Source: Mobula hypostoma (lineage: Eukaryota). Taken from it: a DNA stretch of 64,000 bases. Each line of letters begins with the position of its first letter. The stretch's first letter is position 1. A model generated the notes under the pieces. That model worked only from the letters and a program-made list of their open reading frames with translations. It ran no database searches and was not told the origin of the DNA. The position numbers were made by a program, and so were the translations under genes. The stretch covers positions 115,880,001 through 115,944,000 of the forward strand of contig NC_086097.1 in NCBI RefSeq assembly GCF_963921235.1, written 5' to 3'. Shown piece by piece: positions 23,100 through 36,920 of the stretch.

Positions 23100-23577
23100 G
23101 CAGGCTATTTACAAGGATGTTGCAGGCACTTGAGAAGCTGAATGAACGAAAAAAGCTGAATAGGTTTGGACTTTATTCTCTGGAGCATAGGAGAGTGAGA
23201 GGAGATTTGATAGAGGTATACAAAATTACGAGGGGCATAGAAAGGGTAAATACAAGGAAACTTTTCCACTGAGGGTCGGTGAGGCTACAACTAGAGGTCA
23301 TACATTAAGGGTGAAAGGTGAAAAGTTTAAAGGGACATGAGGGGGACTGCTTCACTCAGAGGGTGGTGAGAATGTGAAATGAGTTGCCAGCAAAAGTGGT
23401 GGATGTGGGTTTGATTTTAACATTTAAGAGAAATTTGGATAGGTACATGGACGGGAGGGGTTTGGAGGGGTATGGTCCCTGTGAGGGTTGATGGAACTAT
23501 GGAGAATAATAGTTTTGAATGGACTAGGTAGGCTGAACAGTCTGTTTCTGTGCGGTGGTGCTCTATGAATCTATGAC
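23100..23577 (+). mobile_element. CR1 3' end fragment
   Basis: Degenerate RFTRML..GLYSLE..RGDLIEVYKI..TRGH, with TCTATGA tail. Confidence 0.8.
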
Positions 23578-23997
23578 TTCCTATCCCCTTCTGTTTCTAA
23601 ATTCTACCCATGTGGCTCTACCGGACGATCCCCCGAGACTATCCTCTCGAAGGACAACTGTTCTGTCCTCTGTCATCAAGAAGGCAACTGTCCCTCCTCT
23701 CTTACCTGCACTTTCGTCAAACCTGTAGCATTTGTATCCTGGAGCACTGAGCCACCAGTCCTCCCTCACCAATGTATCTGTTATCCCCGTCCCCAATCCA
23801 TGCCCCTGCTTCTCCATCTTGCTGTCATGCCTATTGCATAGAAATACATGCAATTTAAAGCCAATGGTCTTTCCTCTCCCTTTACTGAGCTCTCATCTAT
23901 CCTGACAACTAAATTTACTCTCATTATCCCCTGATTTTGTATCATCTCAGTGCCCTATATCCCCCACCGCTCTAGTTTAAAACCCCTTGAACAGTAT

Positions 23998-25086
23998 ATT
24001 AGATTAGATTAGATTCAACTTTATTGTCATTGTGCCGAGTAGATACAAAGCCAATGAAATGCATTTAGCATCTGACCAGAAATGCAAAGAATAGTGTTAT
24101 TTACAAAATAACTGAGAATTAAAAAAAGTGCTACAGCACACAAATATAAAAGTACTGAGACAGTACAATACCGACGCAATACTGCTTAGTGCTGTGATGA
24201 GAGGTTCAGCAGTGTCACAGCCTCAGGGAAGAAGCTCTTCCTGTGCCTGCTGGTGCGGGAGCGGAGGCTCCTGTAGCGCCTACCGGATGGGAGGAGAGTA
24301 AAAAGTCCATGGTTAGGGTGAGATGCATCCCTGATAATGTTCCTCGCCCTGCCCAGGCAGCGTTTATGGTAGATGTTCTCAATGGTGGGCAATTGGGTGT
24401 CGATAATCCACTGGGCAGTTTTCACCACACGCACGCTGGAGTGCTTTGCAGTCCAATATGGGACAATTGCCATACCACACTGAGATGCAGTTGGTGAGTA
24501 TGCTCTCAATGGTACAGCGGTAAAAGACCATCAGTATTCTGGGACAGAGGTGAGCTTTCTTCATGCTCCACAGGAAATAAAGGAGCTGTTGCACCTTTTT
24601 GATCAGGATGGAGGAGGTCAGGGACCAGGTGAGATCCTCGGAAATATGGACACCAAGGAACTTGAAGTTTGATACACGCTCCACTACAGTTCCATTGATG
24701 TAGATGAGGATGTGAGTATGACTCCTAGCATGCCTGAAGTCCACAATGATCTCCTTGGTCTTCTGGGTGTTAAGGGCCAGGTTGTTGTCAGCATACCACG
24801 TGGCCAGGTGCTGGACCTCATCCCTGTAGGCCGTCTCGTCATCCCCTCTGATCAGACCAACCACCGTGGTGTCGTCTGCGAACTTGATTATGGAGTTAGA
24901 ACCATGTACAGGAACACAGTCATAGGTGAAAAGGGAGTACAGAAGAGGGCTCAGCACACAGCCTTGAGGTACGCCGGTGTTCAGGGTGAGAGTGGAGGAG
25001 GAGAGATTGTCTAACTTAACTGATTGGGGTCTGTTAGGCAGAAAGTCCAAGGTCCAATTGCAGAGGGATACGCTGATAACATGCAG
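23998..25086 (-). mobile_element. Rex1/Babar LINE, 5'-truncated
   Basis: [31 protein letters not shown]-terminal LLPSGRRYRS; (TCTAA)n tail. Confidence 0.9.
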
Positions 25087-25402
25087 GCATACAAATCTTC
25101 TCGCCAGGACAATGATTACCCTCCAGTTCAAGTGCAGCCCGTCTCTTGTACAGGTTATCTCAACTCTAGAAGAGATCCCAATGATCCAAGAACTTGAATC
25201 CCTGTGTTCCCGCACCCCCCCCCGCCACACTGCACCATCTCTTCAGCCACACTTTCATCTAAGCTACCTTTCCATTTATACCATCACTAGCATGTGGCAC
25301 TGGGAAGAATCCAGGGTTTACTACCTTTGAGGTCCTGCTGTATAGATTCTCTTCAACTCACTATATTCAACACAAAAGACTTCATCCCTCTTTCTACCTA
25401 TG

Positions 25403-25613
25403 TGTTAGGTACATGGCTTATGACCAAATAAAACACTGGCTGGAGTTGCTTTGAATTTTCGTGCAAGGATGTTTATTAAGTGCGTCAAAAATCAAACTGA
25501 TAAAAATGAGTGAAAGTAGCGAAAAGAAAACTGCCAATATTTACAAAAAGATATCTACCAGAAAACACATTTATAGCCACATGCTACATCTAGTGGGAAC
25601 TCCCGCAGTGCGT

Positions 25614-25673
<60 letters not shown>

Positions 25674-26350
25674 CCCCTCCCCCTCTCCCCCTCTCTCTCC
25701 CTCTCCCTCCTCTCTCCCCCTCTCTCTCTCCACCTTCTCTCTCTCTCTCCCCCATCCCCCTCTCTCACTCACTCTCCCACTCTCCCCCCTCCCCCTCTCT
25801 CTCACCCCCCTCCCCCTCCCTCTCACTCTCCCTCCTCTCTACCCCTCTCTCTCTCTCCCTCCCTCTCTCTCCTTATCTCTCCCCCGTCCCACTCTCTCAC
25901 TCACTCTCCCACTCTCCCCCTCTCCACCTCTCTTCCTCTCTTCCTCCCCCTCCTCCCTCCCCCCACTGAAAGCAATCAGCCCCATTTTTTAGGCACCAGG
26001 ACATACCATATTTAATTACTCACAAAGTTAACTTCACTCTATGCATGAATCAGAATATGATGCACCCCACAATGTAGATACAATCATATTACTAAATAAA
26101 CAGAAGCATCTACCTTAAAAACAGTATGCAAACAATATATACACATGTCATTTAATAAGGAAAAAATATTCCATGGTGTATGATGGTAAAGGCACCATAA
26201 AGCCGAACCCTTTAGAACCCATTATGAAGATATACCGGGGGAAGTCATTGAAGTCCACACTCACCACAATGACAGCAGAATGACAAGGCAGGTTGTGTGT
26301 GTGTGTGAGAGTGAATGCGTGGGTACGTTTACCAGGCACTCTCCATCACA
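25403..26350 (-). mobile_element. Solo LTR, 948 bp
   Basis: TGT..ACA termini; 5-bp TSD CTATG at 25398-25402 and 26351-26355; host CR1 sequence resumes exactly; minus-strand TATAAA (25570-25575) followed by AATAAA (25472-25477). Confidence 0.75.
25618..25965. repeat. (CT)n microsatellite grading into C/T low complexity
   Basis: Seen directly. Confidence 0.95.
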
Positions 26351-26429
26351 CTATGTCATTGGTAACAATATAGACCAATACCTCTGGCTATTCACGTTCC
26401 ACATCGAGAAAGTTCAGCAACAGCAGAAA

Positions 26430-28881
26430 CTGGAAAGGTGTAATAAAAACAGGGTTGTTCTGGTGGGAGATTTCAATTTCCCAAATATTGATTGGCATAT
26501 CCCTAGAGCGAGGGTTTAGATGGGGTAGAGTTTGTTAAGTCTGTTCAAGAAGGTTTTTTTGACACAAAATGTAGATAAGCCTACAAGAGGAGAGGCTGTA
26601 CTTGATCTGGTACTAGGAAATGAACCTGGTCAGATCTCTCAGTGGAAGAGCATTTTGGAGATAGTGATCACAATTCTATCTCCTTTACCATAGCATTGGA
26701 GAGAGATAGGAACAGACAAGTTAGGAAAACGTTTAATTGGGGTAAAGGGAAATATGAGGCTATCAGGCAAGAACTTGGAAGCATAAATTTGGAACAGATG
26801 TTCTCAGGGAAATGTATGGAAGAAATGTGGCAAATGTTCTGGGGATATTTGTGTGGAATGTTGCACAGGTACGTTCCATTGAGACAGGGAAAGGTGGTAG
26901 GGTACACGGACCATGGTGTACAAAGGCTGTTGTAAATTTAGTCAAGAAGAGAAGAAGAGCTTACAAAAGGTTCAAATAACTAGGTAAGGACAAAGATCTA
27001 GAAGATTACAAGGATAGCAGGAAGGAGCTTAAGAAATGAATTAGGAGAGCCAGAAGGGTCCTTGAGAAGGCATTGGTGGACAGAATTAAGAAAAACCAAG
27101 GCATTCTACAAGTCTGTGAAGAGCAAGATGTGAGAGAATAGGACCAATCAAGTGTGACAGTGGAAAAGTGTGTATGAAACTGGAGGAGATAGCAGAGGTA
27201 CTTAATGAGCACTTTGCTTCAGTATTCACGACGGAAAATGATCTTGGCGATTGTAGGGATGACTTACAGTGGACTGAAAAGCTTGAGCATGTAGATATTA
27301 AGAAAGAAGATGTACTGGAGCTTTTGGAAAACATCAAGTTGGAAAAGTCACAGGGACCGGACGAGATATACTCTAGTCTACTGTGGGAAGCGAGGGAGGA
27401 GATTACTGAGCCTCTGGTTATGATCTTTGCAGCATCAATGGGGAGAAGAGTGGTGTTGGAGGATTGGAGGGTTGCGCATGTTCCATTATCAAGAAAGGGA
27501 GTAGAGATAGATCAGGAAATTATAGACCACTGATGGAGAAGATCCTGAGAGGCAGGATTTATGAATATTCGGAGAGGTATAATATGATTAGGAATAGTCC
27601 GCATGGTTTTGTGAAAGGCAGGTTGTGCTTTATGAGCCTGACTGAACTTTTTGAGGATGTGACTAAACACACTGATGAAGGTAGAGCAGTTGATGTAGTG
27701 TATATGGATTTCATCAAGGCATTTGATAAGGTACCCCATGCAAGGTTTATTGAGAAAGTAAGGAGGCATGGGATCCAAGGGGACATTGCTTTGTGGATCC
27801 AGAAATGGCCTGCCCATAGAAGGCAAGGAGTGGTTGTAGACGGGTCATATTCTGCATGTAGGTCGGTGACCAGTGGTGTGCCTCAAGGATCTGTTCTGGG
27901 ATCCCTACTCTTCGTAGTTTTTATAAATGACCTGGATGAGGAAGTGGAGGGATGGTTTAGTAAATTTGCTGCTGACACAAAGGTTGGGGGTGTTGTGGAT
28001 AGTGTGGAGGGCTGTCAGAGGTTACAGCCGGGCATTGATAGAATACAAAACTGGGCTGAGGAATGACAGATGGAGGTCAACCCAGATAAGTGTGAGGTGG
28101 TTCATTTTGGTAGGTCAAATATGATGGCAGAATATAGTATTAATGGTAAAATTCATGGCAGTGTGGAGGATCAGAAGGATCTTGGGGTCCAAGTCCATAG
28201 GACACTCAAAGCTGCTACGCAGGTTGACTCTGTGGTTAAGAAGGCATACGGTGCATTGGTCTTCATCAATCGTGGAATTGAGTTTAGGAGCCGAGAAGTA
28301 ATGTTACAGGTATATAGGACCCTGGTCAGGCCCCACTTGGAGTACTATGCTCAGTTCTGGTTGCCTCACTATAGGAAGGACATAGAAACCATAGAAAGGG
28401 TGCAGAGGAGATTTACAAAGATGTTGCCTGGATAACGGAGCATGCCTTATGAGAATATGTTGAGTGAACTTGGCCTTTTCTCCTTGGAGCGACGAAAGAT
28501 GAGAGGTGACCTGATAGAGGTGTATAAGATGATGAGAGACATTCATCGTGGGGATAGACAGAGGCATTTATCCCAGGGCTGAAATGGCTAGCACGAGAGG
28601 GAATTGTTTTAAGATGCTTGGAAGTAGGTACAGAGGAGATGTCAGGGGTAAATTTTTATGCAGTGAGTGGTGAATGTGTGGAATGGGCTGCCGGCGATGG
28701 TGGTGGAGGCACGGATACGATAAGGTCTTTTAAGAGATTCCTGGTTAGGTACATGGAGCTCAGAAAAATAGAGGGCTATGGGTAACCCTAGGTAATTTCT
28801 AAGGTAAGGACATTTTTGGCACGGCTTTGTGGGCTGAAGGGCCTGCATTGTGCTGTAGGTTTTCTATGTTTCTATGTTTCT
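26430..28881 (+). mobile_element. CR1 ORF2, 5'-truncated in EN, with many frameshifts
   Basis: GDFNFP, SDH, DFIKAFDKVPH, QGSVLG; (TTCTATGT)n tail at 28861-28881. Confidence 0.9.
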
Positions 28882-29481
28882 AACTCCAAAACATCCCTGA
28901 CCTTGGCACCCAGGAGTCGACACACTATCCTCACACCTCTATTGTGGCCACAGAATCTCCTGTCTGCCCCCTTTACTAAATCCCCAACTCTCAAGCACTG
29001 TGCTTTTTTTTCTCAGAAGCCTTCAGATTACCCATAATTGTTTGAATATTCAAATGTAAGTTGTTCAGTGAGATGTGCTCGTTGTAAATGTGTAATTCTA
29101 TAAAATGTTGAAGTAAATTGTGTAATCAGAACTATGGAAATTTATTTTCAGCAGCATCCCAGGCACACAACATTATACGTAGAAAACAGAAAATAGAACA
29201 CTACAAGTAATATCCACATGAAAAACACACTAATCTTAAATTTTACATGATTTTCACAATTAATAACAAAATCAGGAAAAGAAATATTAGTGCAAGTGCC
29301 TGAATTCGTCAGGGACTTTTGTGATAAGAATCATGCTGAATGGTGCAAGAACCAAAGGGTTGAAGGGAAGTCGCGATTCTTGAACCTAGTGATTTGGGAA
29401 TTTAAGTTTCTGTCTCTTCTGCCCAATGGTAGCTGTGAATAAATAGCATGGCCCAGATGGGGGGTTACCTTTGATGGGTGT

Positions 29482-32400
29482 TTCCTTCTGTTGCCTCCCT
29501 GGTGCCAGGGTCCGTGATATCTCTGATGGAGTTCTCAGTATTCTCAAGAGGGAGGGTGAGCAGCCAGATGTCGTGGTCCATGTAGGAAGAAGGAAGAAGT
29601 CCTGCAAAGGGAATTTAGAGAGTTAGGTGCAAAGTTGAAGGACAGGTTCTCCAGGGTTGCAGTCTCAGGATTGCTACCGGTGCCACGTGCTAGTGAGGCT
29701 ACAAATATGAAGACAATGCAGCTAAATACATGGCTAAGGAGTTGGTGCAGGACTGAGGGCTTCATGTTTATGGACAATTGGGCCTTGTTCCAGGGAAGGT
29801 GGGACCTGTTCCGACGGGATGGGTTGCACCTGAACTGGAGGGGGACTAATATCCTTGCTGGAAGGTTTGCTAATGCTGCTCTGGGGATTTAAACTAGATT
29901 TGCAGGGGGAGGGGAACCAGAGTGTTAGAGCAGATAGTGAGGTGGAGGAGGATAAATATCATGTGAGAAGTGCAAGTATAGTGCATGGAGTAAAGCCAGA
30001 TGTAAAATATGAAAAGGCTTTGATGAAAGAGAAACAGAAAAAAGGGTGTAAAGTTAGTAAGGTAGAAGGGCTAATGTGCGTGTACTTCAATACAAGAAGC
30101 ATCAGGAACAATGGTGATGAACTGAGAGCTTGGATACATTCATGGAATTATGATGTAGTGGCCATTACAGAGACTTGGCTGGCACCAGGGCAGGAATGGA
30201 TTCTCAATATTCCTCGACTTCAGTGCTTTAAAAGGGATGGTGGGGCGGGGAGGGGAGGAGGGGTGGCATTACTGGTCAGGGATACTATTACAGCTACAGA
30301 AAGGGTGAGTAGTGTAGTAGGATCCTATTTTGAGTCAATATGGGTGGAAGTCAGGAACAGGAAGGAAGCAGTTACTCTATTGGGGGTATTCTAAAGGCCT
30401 CCTGGTAGCAGCAGATATACAGAGGAGCAGATTGGGAGGCAGATTTTGGAAAGGTGCAAAAATAACATGGTTGTTATCATGGGTGACTTTAACTTCCCTA
30501 ATATTGATTGGCACCTGATTCATTCCATTGGTTTAAAGGGGGAAGAGTTTGTTTAGTGTATCCAGGACAAATTCCTTTCACAGTATGTTGACAGGCCAAC
30601 TAGGGGAAATGCCATACGGGATCTAGTATTAGATAACCAACTGGGTCAGGTCACAGATCTCTCAGTGGGTGAGCATCTGGGGGACAGTGACCATCGCTCC
30701 CTGGCCTTTAGCATTATCATGAGAAAGGATAGAATCAGAGAGGACAGGAAAGTTTTTAATTGGGGAAGGGCAAATTATGAGGCTATAAGGCTAGAACTTG
30801 CGGGTGTGAACTGGGATGAAGTTTTTGCAGGGAAATGTAGTTTGGACATGTGGTCGACGTTTAGGGATCTCTTGCAGGATGTTACGGATAAATTTGTCCC
30901 GGTGAGGAAGATAAAGAATGGCAGGGTGAAGGAACCATGGGTGACAAGTGAGGTGGAGAATCTAGTCAGGTGGAAGAAGGCAGCATACATGAGGTTTAGG
31001 AAGCAAGGATCAGATGGGTCTATTGAGGAATATAGGGTAGCAAGAAAGGAGCTTAAGAAGGGGCTGAGAAGAGCAAGATGGGAGCATGAGAAGGCCTTGG
31101 CGAGTAGGGTAAAGGAAAACACCAAGGCATTCTTCAATTATGTGAAGAACAAAATGATGACAGGAGTGAAGACAGGACCAATTAGAGATAAAGATGGGAA
31201 GATGTGCCTCGAGGTGGTGGAAGTAAGCAAGGTCTTCAATGAGTACTTCTCTTCGGTATTCACCAATGAGAGGGAACTTGATGATGGTGAGGACAATATG
31301 TGTGAGGTTGATGTTCTGGAGCATGCTGATATTAAGGGAGAGGAGGTGTTGGAGCTGTTAAAATACATTAGGATGGATAAATCCCCGGGGCCTGACGGAA
31401 TATTCCCCAGGCTGCTCCATGAGGCGAGGGAAGAGATTGCTGAGCCTCTGGCTATGATCTTTATGTCCTCATTTTCCACAGGAATGGTACTGGAAGATTG
31501 AAGGGAGGCAAATGTTGTCCCCTTGTTCAAGAAAGGTAGAAGGGATAGTCTGGGTAATTATAGACCGGTGAGTCTTACTTCTGTGGTGGGAAAGCTGTTA
31601 GAAAAGATTCTTAGAGATAGGATCTATGGGCATTTAGAGAATCATGGTCTGATCAGAGACAGTCAGCATGGCTTTGTGAAGGGCAGATCGTGTCTAACAA
31701 GCCTGATAGAGTTCCTGAGGAGGTTACCAGGCACATAGATGAGGGTAGTGCAGTGGACGTGATCTATATGGATTTTAGTAAGGCATTTGATAAGGTTCCA
31801 CACGGTAGGCTTATTCAGAAAGTCAGAAGGCATGGGATCCAGGGAAGTTTGGCCAGGTGGATTCAGAATTGGCTTGCCTACAGAAGGCAGAGGGTGGCGG
31901 TGGAGGGAGTACATTCGGATTGGAGGGTTGTGACTAGTGGTGTCCCACAAGCATCAGTTCTGGGACCTTTATTTTTTCTGGTTTTTATTAATGACCTGGA
32001 TGTAGGGGTAGAAGGGTGGGTTGGCAGGTTTGCAGACGTCACAAAAGTTGGTGGTGTTGTGGATAGTGCAGAGGATTGTCAAAGATTGCAGAGAGACATT
32101 TCTAGGTTGCAGAAGTGGGCTGAGAAGTGGCAGATGGAGTTCAACCCGGAGAAGTGTAAGGTGATACACTTTGGAAGGACAAACTCTAAGGCAGAGGACA
32201 AAGTGAATGGCAGGATACTTGGTAGTGTGGAGGAGCAGAGGGATCTGGGGGTCCATGTCCACAGATCCCTGAAAGTTGCCTCACAGGTAGATCGGGTAGT
32301 TAAGACAGCTTATGGAGTGTTAGTTTTCATAAGTCAAGGGATAGAGTTTAAGAGTCACGATGTAATGATGCAGCTCTATAAAACTCCGGTTAGGCCACAC

Positions 32401-32931
32401 CTGGAGTACTGCGTCCAGTTCTGGTCACCTCACTATAGGAAGGATGTGGAAGCACTGGAAAGGGTTAAGAGGAGAATTACCAGGATGCTGCCTGGCTTAG
32501 AGCCTATGCATTATGATCAGAGATTAAGGGAGCTAGGGCTTTACTCTTTGGAGAGAAGGAGGATGAGAGGAGACATGATAGAGTTGTACAAGATAATAAG
32601 AGGAATAGATAGAGTGGATAGCCAGCACCTCTTCCCCAGGGCACCACTGCTCAATACAAGAGGACATGGCTTTAAGGTAAGTGGTGGGAAGTTCAAGGGG
32701 GATATTAGAGGAAGGTTTTTTACTCAGAGAGTGGTTGGTGCGTGGAATGCACTGCCTGAGTCATGGTGGAGGCAGATGCACTAGTGAAGTTTAAGAGACT
32801 ATTAGACAGGTATATGGAGGAACTTAAGGTTGGGGGTTATGTGGGTGCTGGGGTTTAAGGGTCAGCACAATGTTGTGGGCCGAAGGGCCTGTAGTGTAAT
32901 GTACTGTTCTATGTTCTATGTTCTATGTTCT
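29482..32931 (+). mobile_element. CR1 LINE: esterase ORF1 3' part plus disrupted ORF2
   Basis: ORFs 29635-29892 (DGLHLN), 29855-30394 (EN), 30665-31501, 31690-32784 (RT); (TTCTATG)n tail. Confidence 0.95.
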
Positions 32932-32989
32932 CAAGGTAAAGCCTCCATTAGATATTGGGATGTACATCTGTTGTTCTGAACGGAGCTAA

Positions 32990-33610
32990 TTTCAAAGTTC
33001 AAAAGAAATTTACTATCACAGTATGTATGTATATGTCACCCAATATTATCAACAGATTTATTTTTTGCAGGCATTTACAGGAAAGTAAACAAATAAAATT
33101 AAAAATATAAATAAATTTAATGAAGAAATTTTAAAAATAAAAAAATAAATTTTAAAAATCTATAAATAACAAAGACTGACACACCACCAATTTGCAAAAG
33201 GAGTCAAATCTTGCATATAAATAAAAAAATAAATAAATAACACTGAGAACATGAGTAGTAGATTTATTGAAAGTGAGTCTGTATGTTCAGCGTTGTGTTT
33301 AGTGAAGGTATCATGCTGGTTCAGGAATCTAATTGATTATGAGTAGTAACTGTTCCTAAACCTGGTAGAATGTGACCCTAGACTCCTGTAGCTCCTGCCC
33401 AGTGCTAGTCGTGAGAAGAGAGCATAGCCTGCATGGTGGGGGTCCTTGATGATGGATGCTGCTTTCTTGTGGCAGCACTCCTTGTAGATGTGCTCAATAA
33501 TGGGGAGGGCTTTGCCTATGGTGAACTGGGCTGCATCCACCACAATTAATTTCTTGTATTTGTGTACATTTGAATTTCTGTACCAGACCATGATGCAACC
33601 AGTCAGTGTG
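32990..33610 (-). mobile_element. Rex1/Babar 3' fragment
   Basis: ORF 33337-33591 KAASIIKDPHHAGYALFS..FRNSY. Confidence 0.8.
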
Positions 33611-33949
33611 TGACTGGTGATGTCATTAAATCTGCACCTGGTACTGAAGAAAGGTCAGATGTAACAACCTGCCCTCATGCACAGAGTGTCTGGTTCACTT
33701 TCGATCTTTGACTCCACATACAAATAACTGCTAATGTTATTTTCCTCTTTAATGTGAGAAAACAAATTGCTTATAGTAATTAGGCATACGTATTTAATTT
33801 AAAATTCTCTCAAGGAACCAACATGACATTAAATGAATCTTCAAAATGAGCAGACTGAATGAAGTACGGAACAGAATTGTCTCGTCAGGTAAGGAATGAG
33901 GCACAGACAGGATTGATTGGCCTTGTGAATGTTCCTTGTGGCTGATGAT

Positions 33950-34230
33950 ACTTCCTGTACCTAATAAAATGGCCATTGACATAATGGCTGTGGTTTTCTT
34001 CTGCTGTAGCCTATCCATTTCAAAGTTTGAAGTGTTAAGCATTCAGTGATGTGCTTCTACTCAAACCACCCCATCTGGCACATAGATCACATGTTTTCCC
34101 ATTCTGATGTTTGGTCTGAACAACAACTAAACCTCTTGATCATGTCTGCAAGCTTTTATGTACTGAGTCGCTGCCGCATATTTGTATTAACAAGTAGTTG
34201 TTCAGGTGTACCTAAAATAAAGTGACCTGG
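33950..34230. mobile_element. Degraded non-autonomous DNA-transposon-like repeat, possibly Tc1/mariner-derived
   Basis: Repeated GTACCTAA(T/A)AAA..TG(G/A)CC motif at 33957 and 34208; interior similar to 60190-60657. Confidence 0.45.
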
Positions 34231-34249
34231 CTGTTGAACATTTATGGTC

Positions 34250-35620
34250 AGCCTGTTAATAAGATTCCCAAAGAAAGACATCAGGGAAGTCAACCCAATC
34301 TGAACTAAAATCACATGCTGAAGATCTGTGCCGAACAATTGGCTGGTGTGTTCATTAAGGTCTTTAATCTCTCCCTTTGGCAGTGTGTGGCACCCACCTG
34401 CTTCGAGCAGGTTCAATTATACTGGTGTCCAGGAGGAGCATGGTGACCTGCCTCAATGACTATTGTCCTGTAGCACTTACATCCACAGTGATGAAGAGTT
34501 TTGTGAGGTTAGTGATAAAACACATCAAACTCCTGCCTGAGAAGCAACTTGGATCTGCTCCCATTTGCTTATCTACAGCAGAAGCCATTGCATTGGTTCT
34601 TCACTCAATCTTGGAATATCTAGACACCAAAGATGCATGCATCAGCATGCTCTTTTCTGGCTTTGCACAGCTCCAATGTCACGTTCGAGTTTGCTGACAA
34701 GACCACTGTCATAGGCTGAATCAATGGTGCTGAAGAATCAGCATATAGGAGGGAGATAGAAAAGCTGTCTGAGTGGTGCCATAACAACAACCTCTCACTC
34801 AATGTCAGCAAGACCAAGATTATACACTCCAGGAGAAGGAAACCAGACATCCATGAGACAGCACTCATTGTAAGACCAGAGGAGGAGAGAGTCAGCAACT
34901 TTAAATTCCCAGTGTTACTATTTCAGAGGACCTGTTCTGTGCCCAGCACGCAAGTGCAATTATGAAGAAAGCGCGGCAATGCCTCTACTTCCTTTGGAGT
35001 TTGTGGAGATTCAGCGTGACATTTAAAACTGTGAAAAACTTCTGCAGATGTGTGGTATTGAGTATATTGACTGGCTGCATCACACCAATGCCCTTGAATG
35101 GAAAATCCTACAAACAGTAATGGATACAGCCCAGTCCATCATGGGTAGAGCCCACCCAACAACTGAGCACATCTACATGAAATGCTGTTTCAGGAAAGCA
35201 GCATCCATCATCAGGGACTCCCACCTCCCAGGACATGCTCACTTCCTGTTGCTGCCATCAGGAAGAAGGAACGAGAGCCTCAGGACTTGCACCACCAGTT
35301 TCAGGAGCAATCACTACCTCTCAACCATCAGGCTCCTGAACATCGGTTGCGCCATCAAAGAAATGTTCCCATAACCAATGGACTTACTTTTAAGGACTTT
35401 TCATCTCATGTTCTCAATATTTATTACTTATTAATGTTCCTTCTTTTTGTAGTTGCACAGTTTGTTGTCTTTTATGCTCTGGTTGAATGTCCTAGTTGGG
35501 TGGTCTGTTACAATTACTATTCTATAGATTTGTTTAGTATGCCCACAAGAAAATGAATCTCATGATTGCATATGATGACATACAAATACGTTGAGAATAA
35601 AATTTACTTTGAACTTTGAA
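34250..35620 (+). mobile_element. Degraded Rex1/Babar LINE
   Basis: CLNDYCPVALTSTVMKSF; KAASIIRDSHLPGH..LLPSGRR; ACTTTGA-type tail. Confidence 0.85.
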
Positions 35621-35867
35621 TCTGTTCAGTAATCTTTTTGGAAATGTCAGGGTTGGTGTTTGAGTGAAATCCATTTAAAAGCTCCTTGAAATCTTATTGA
35701 GGCTAAATGTTTTAAGAATTAGCCCCATCATAGGATCAGATGTAGGGGGACTCTCTGATTTCGCAATGTTCAGCTTCATTCTCATCTCCATAAACAGTCC
35801 AGCCCTGCATGCAGTCTGAATCAGACATTCAGATTTGGGCAAATGAGGGTTAAATGAGAGATACAAT

Positions 35868-36200
35868 TGGGTAAATGCAAACAGATTTTTTCCACTGAGG
35901 GCATGAGGCTAGAACTAGAGGTCATGGGTCAAGGGTGAAAGGTGGAATGTTTAAGAGTAACATGAGGGGGAGCCTCTCTACTCAGAGGGTGGTGAGAGTG
36001 TGGATTGAGCTACCAGCAGAAGTGGTGGATGCAAGTTTGATTTCAACTTTTAAGAAAGATTTGGACAAGTAGGTGGATGGGAAGGGAAAGGAGGGCTTTG
36101 GTCCGAGTGCTGGTTGATGGGACTCAGAAGAATAATAGCTTGGCATGTACTAGATGGGCCAAAGGGCCTGTTTCTGTACTGTAGCATTCTATACCTCTAT
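35868..36200 (+). mobile_element. CR1 3' end fragment
   Basis: TRGHG..TQRVVRVW remnant and GGGCCAAAGGGCCTG tail. Confidence 0.75.
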
Positions 36201-36649
36201 AACCCTAAATGATTTTCATCCCACTATACTGGAGTTGAAGACCATCATCAGTGAGAGAGGTTTGTAACTTATATTGGACGTTCAATGGTCTTACCTTAGC
36301 CAAGATCCCCACCACCAATAGTGTGGGGGTTGCTATTAACCAGCAACTCAGTTGGACCAACCACATAAAGATTCTGGTTACAAAAAGAGGTCAAAGGCTA
36401 GGAACCTTTATGGTGAGTGACTTGCCTTCTGACAACCTAAAACCTTTTATTGTGAACAGGTCAGAAATGTCATGGAATACTCTCTACTTGCTTTTATATC
36501 AATCTCTACACGATCTGGGGTTGGAAGCCTCATCCAGCATCCGAGGCATTCATTCCTTCTATTACAATCACAGTCACTGCACTATGGTTGCTTATCTGAG
36601 CTATTCTGATAATATTTCCCGAAAACTTTACATGGTAGTGAAAATGAAA

Positions 36650-36920
36650 ACATGGCACAGTAGTGCAGTGGTTATCAAAACACTTTACAGTGCCATTGAT
36701 CTGGGTTCAATATGCTGCCGCTGTAGGTCTGTGAGGAGTTTGTACGTTCTCTCCGTAAGCAAGTGTATTTCCTCTGGGTGCTGGGTTTCCTTCCACATTC
36801 AAAAGATGTACATTTTAGAGTTAGTACATTGTAAACTGGCACTGGAAGCATGGTGATACTGAAAGCATACCCTCAGATTGTATTGGTTGTTCACACAAAC
36901 ATCCCATCCCACTGTATATT
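36650..36920 (+). mobile_element. HE1-like V-SINE, degraded
   Basis: GGCACAGTAGTGCAGTGGTTA..GGGTTCAAT..TTTCCTCTGGGTGCTGGGTTTCCTTCCACATTC. Confidence 0.65.

Larger units (their letters stand above)
23580..28990 (-). mobile_element. Old CR1 copy (ORF1 esterase to EN) split by three later insertions
   Basis: Collinear pieces at about 28882-28990, 26351-26420, 25087-25402 (DGLHLN) and 23580-23997 (junction TTTAAACTAG and EN remnant WVEFRNR). Confidence 0.7.

Noticed and set aside
24379..25230. 283-aa ORF appearing to fuse esterase DGLHLN to a Rex1 RT
   Set aside because: Chance read-through across the Rex1 insertion junction in a decayed CR1 ORF1.
25461..26015. 184-aa S/L/P-rich ORF and antisense RE-repeat ORFs
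   Set aside because: Translation of the CT microsatellite.
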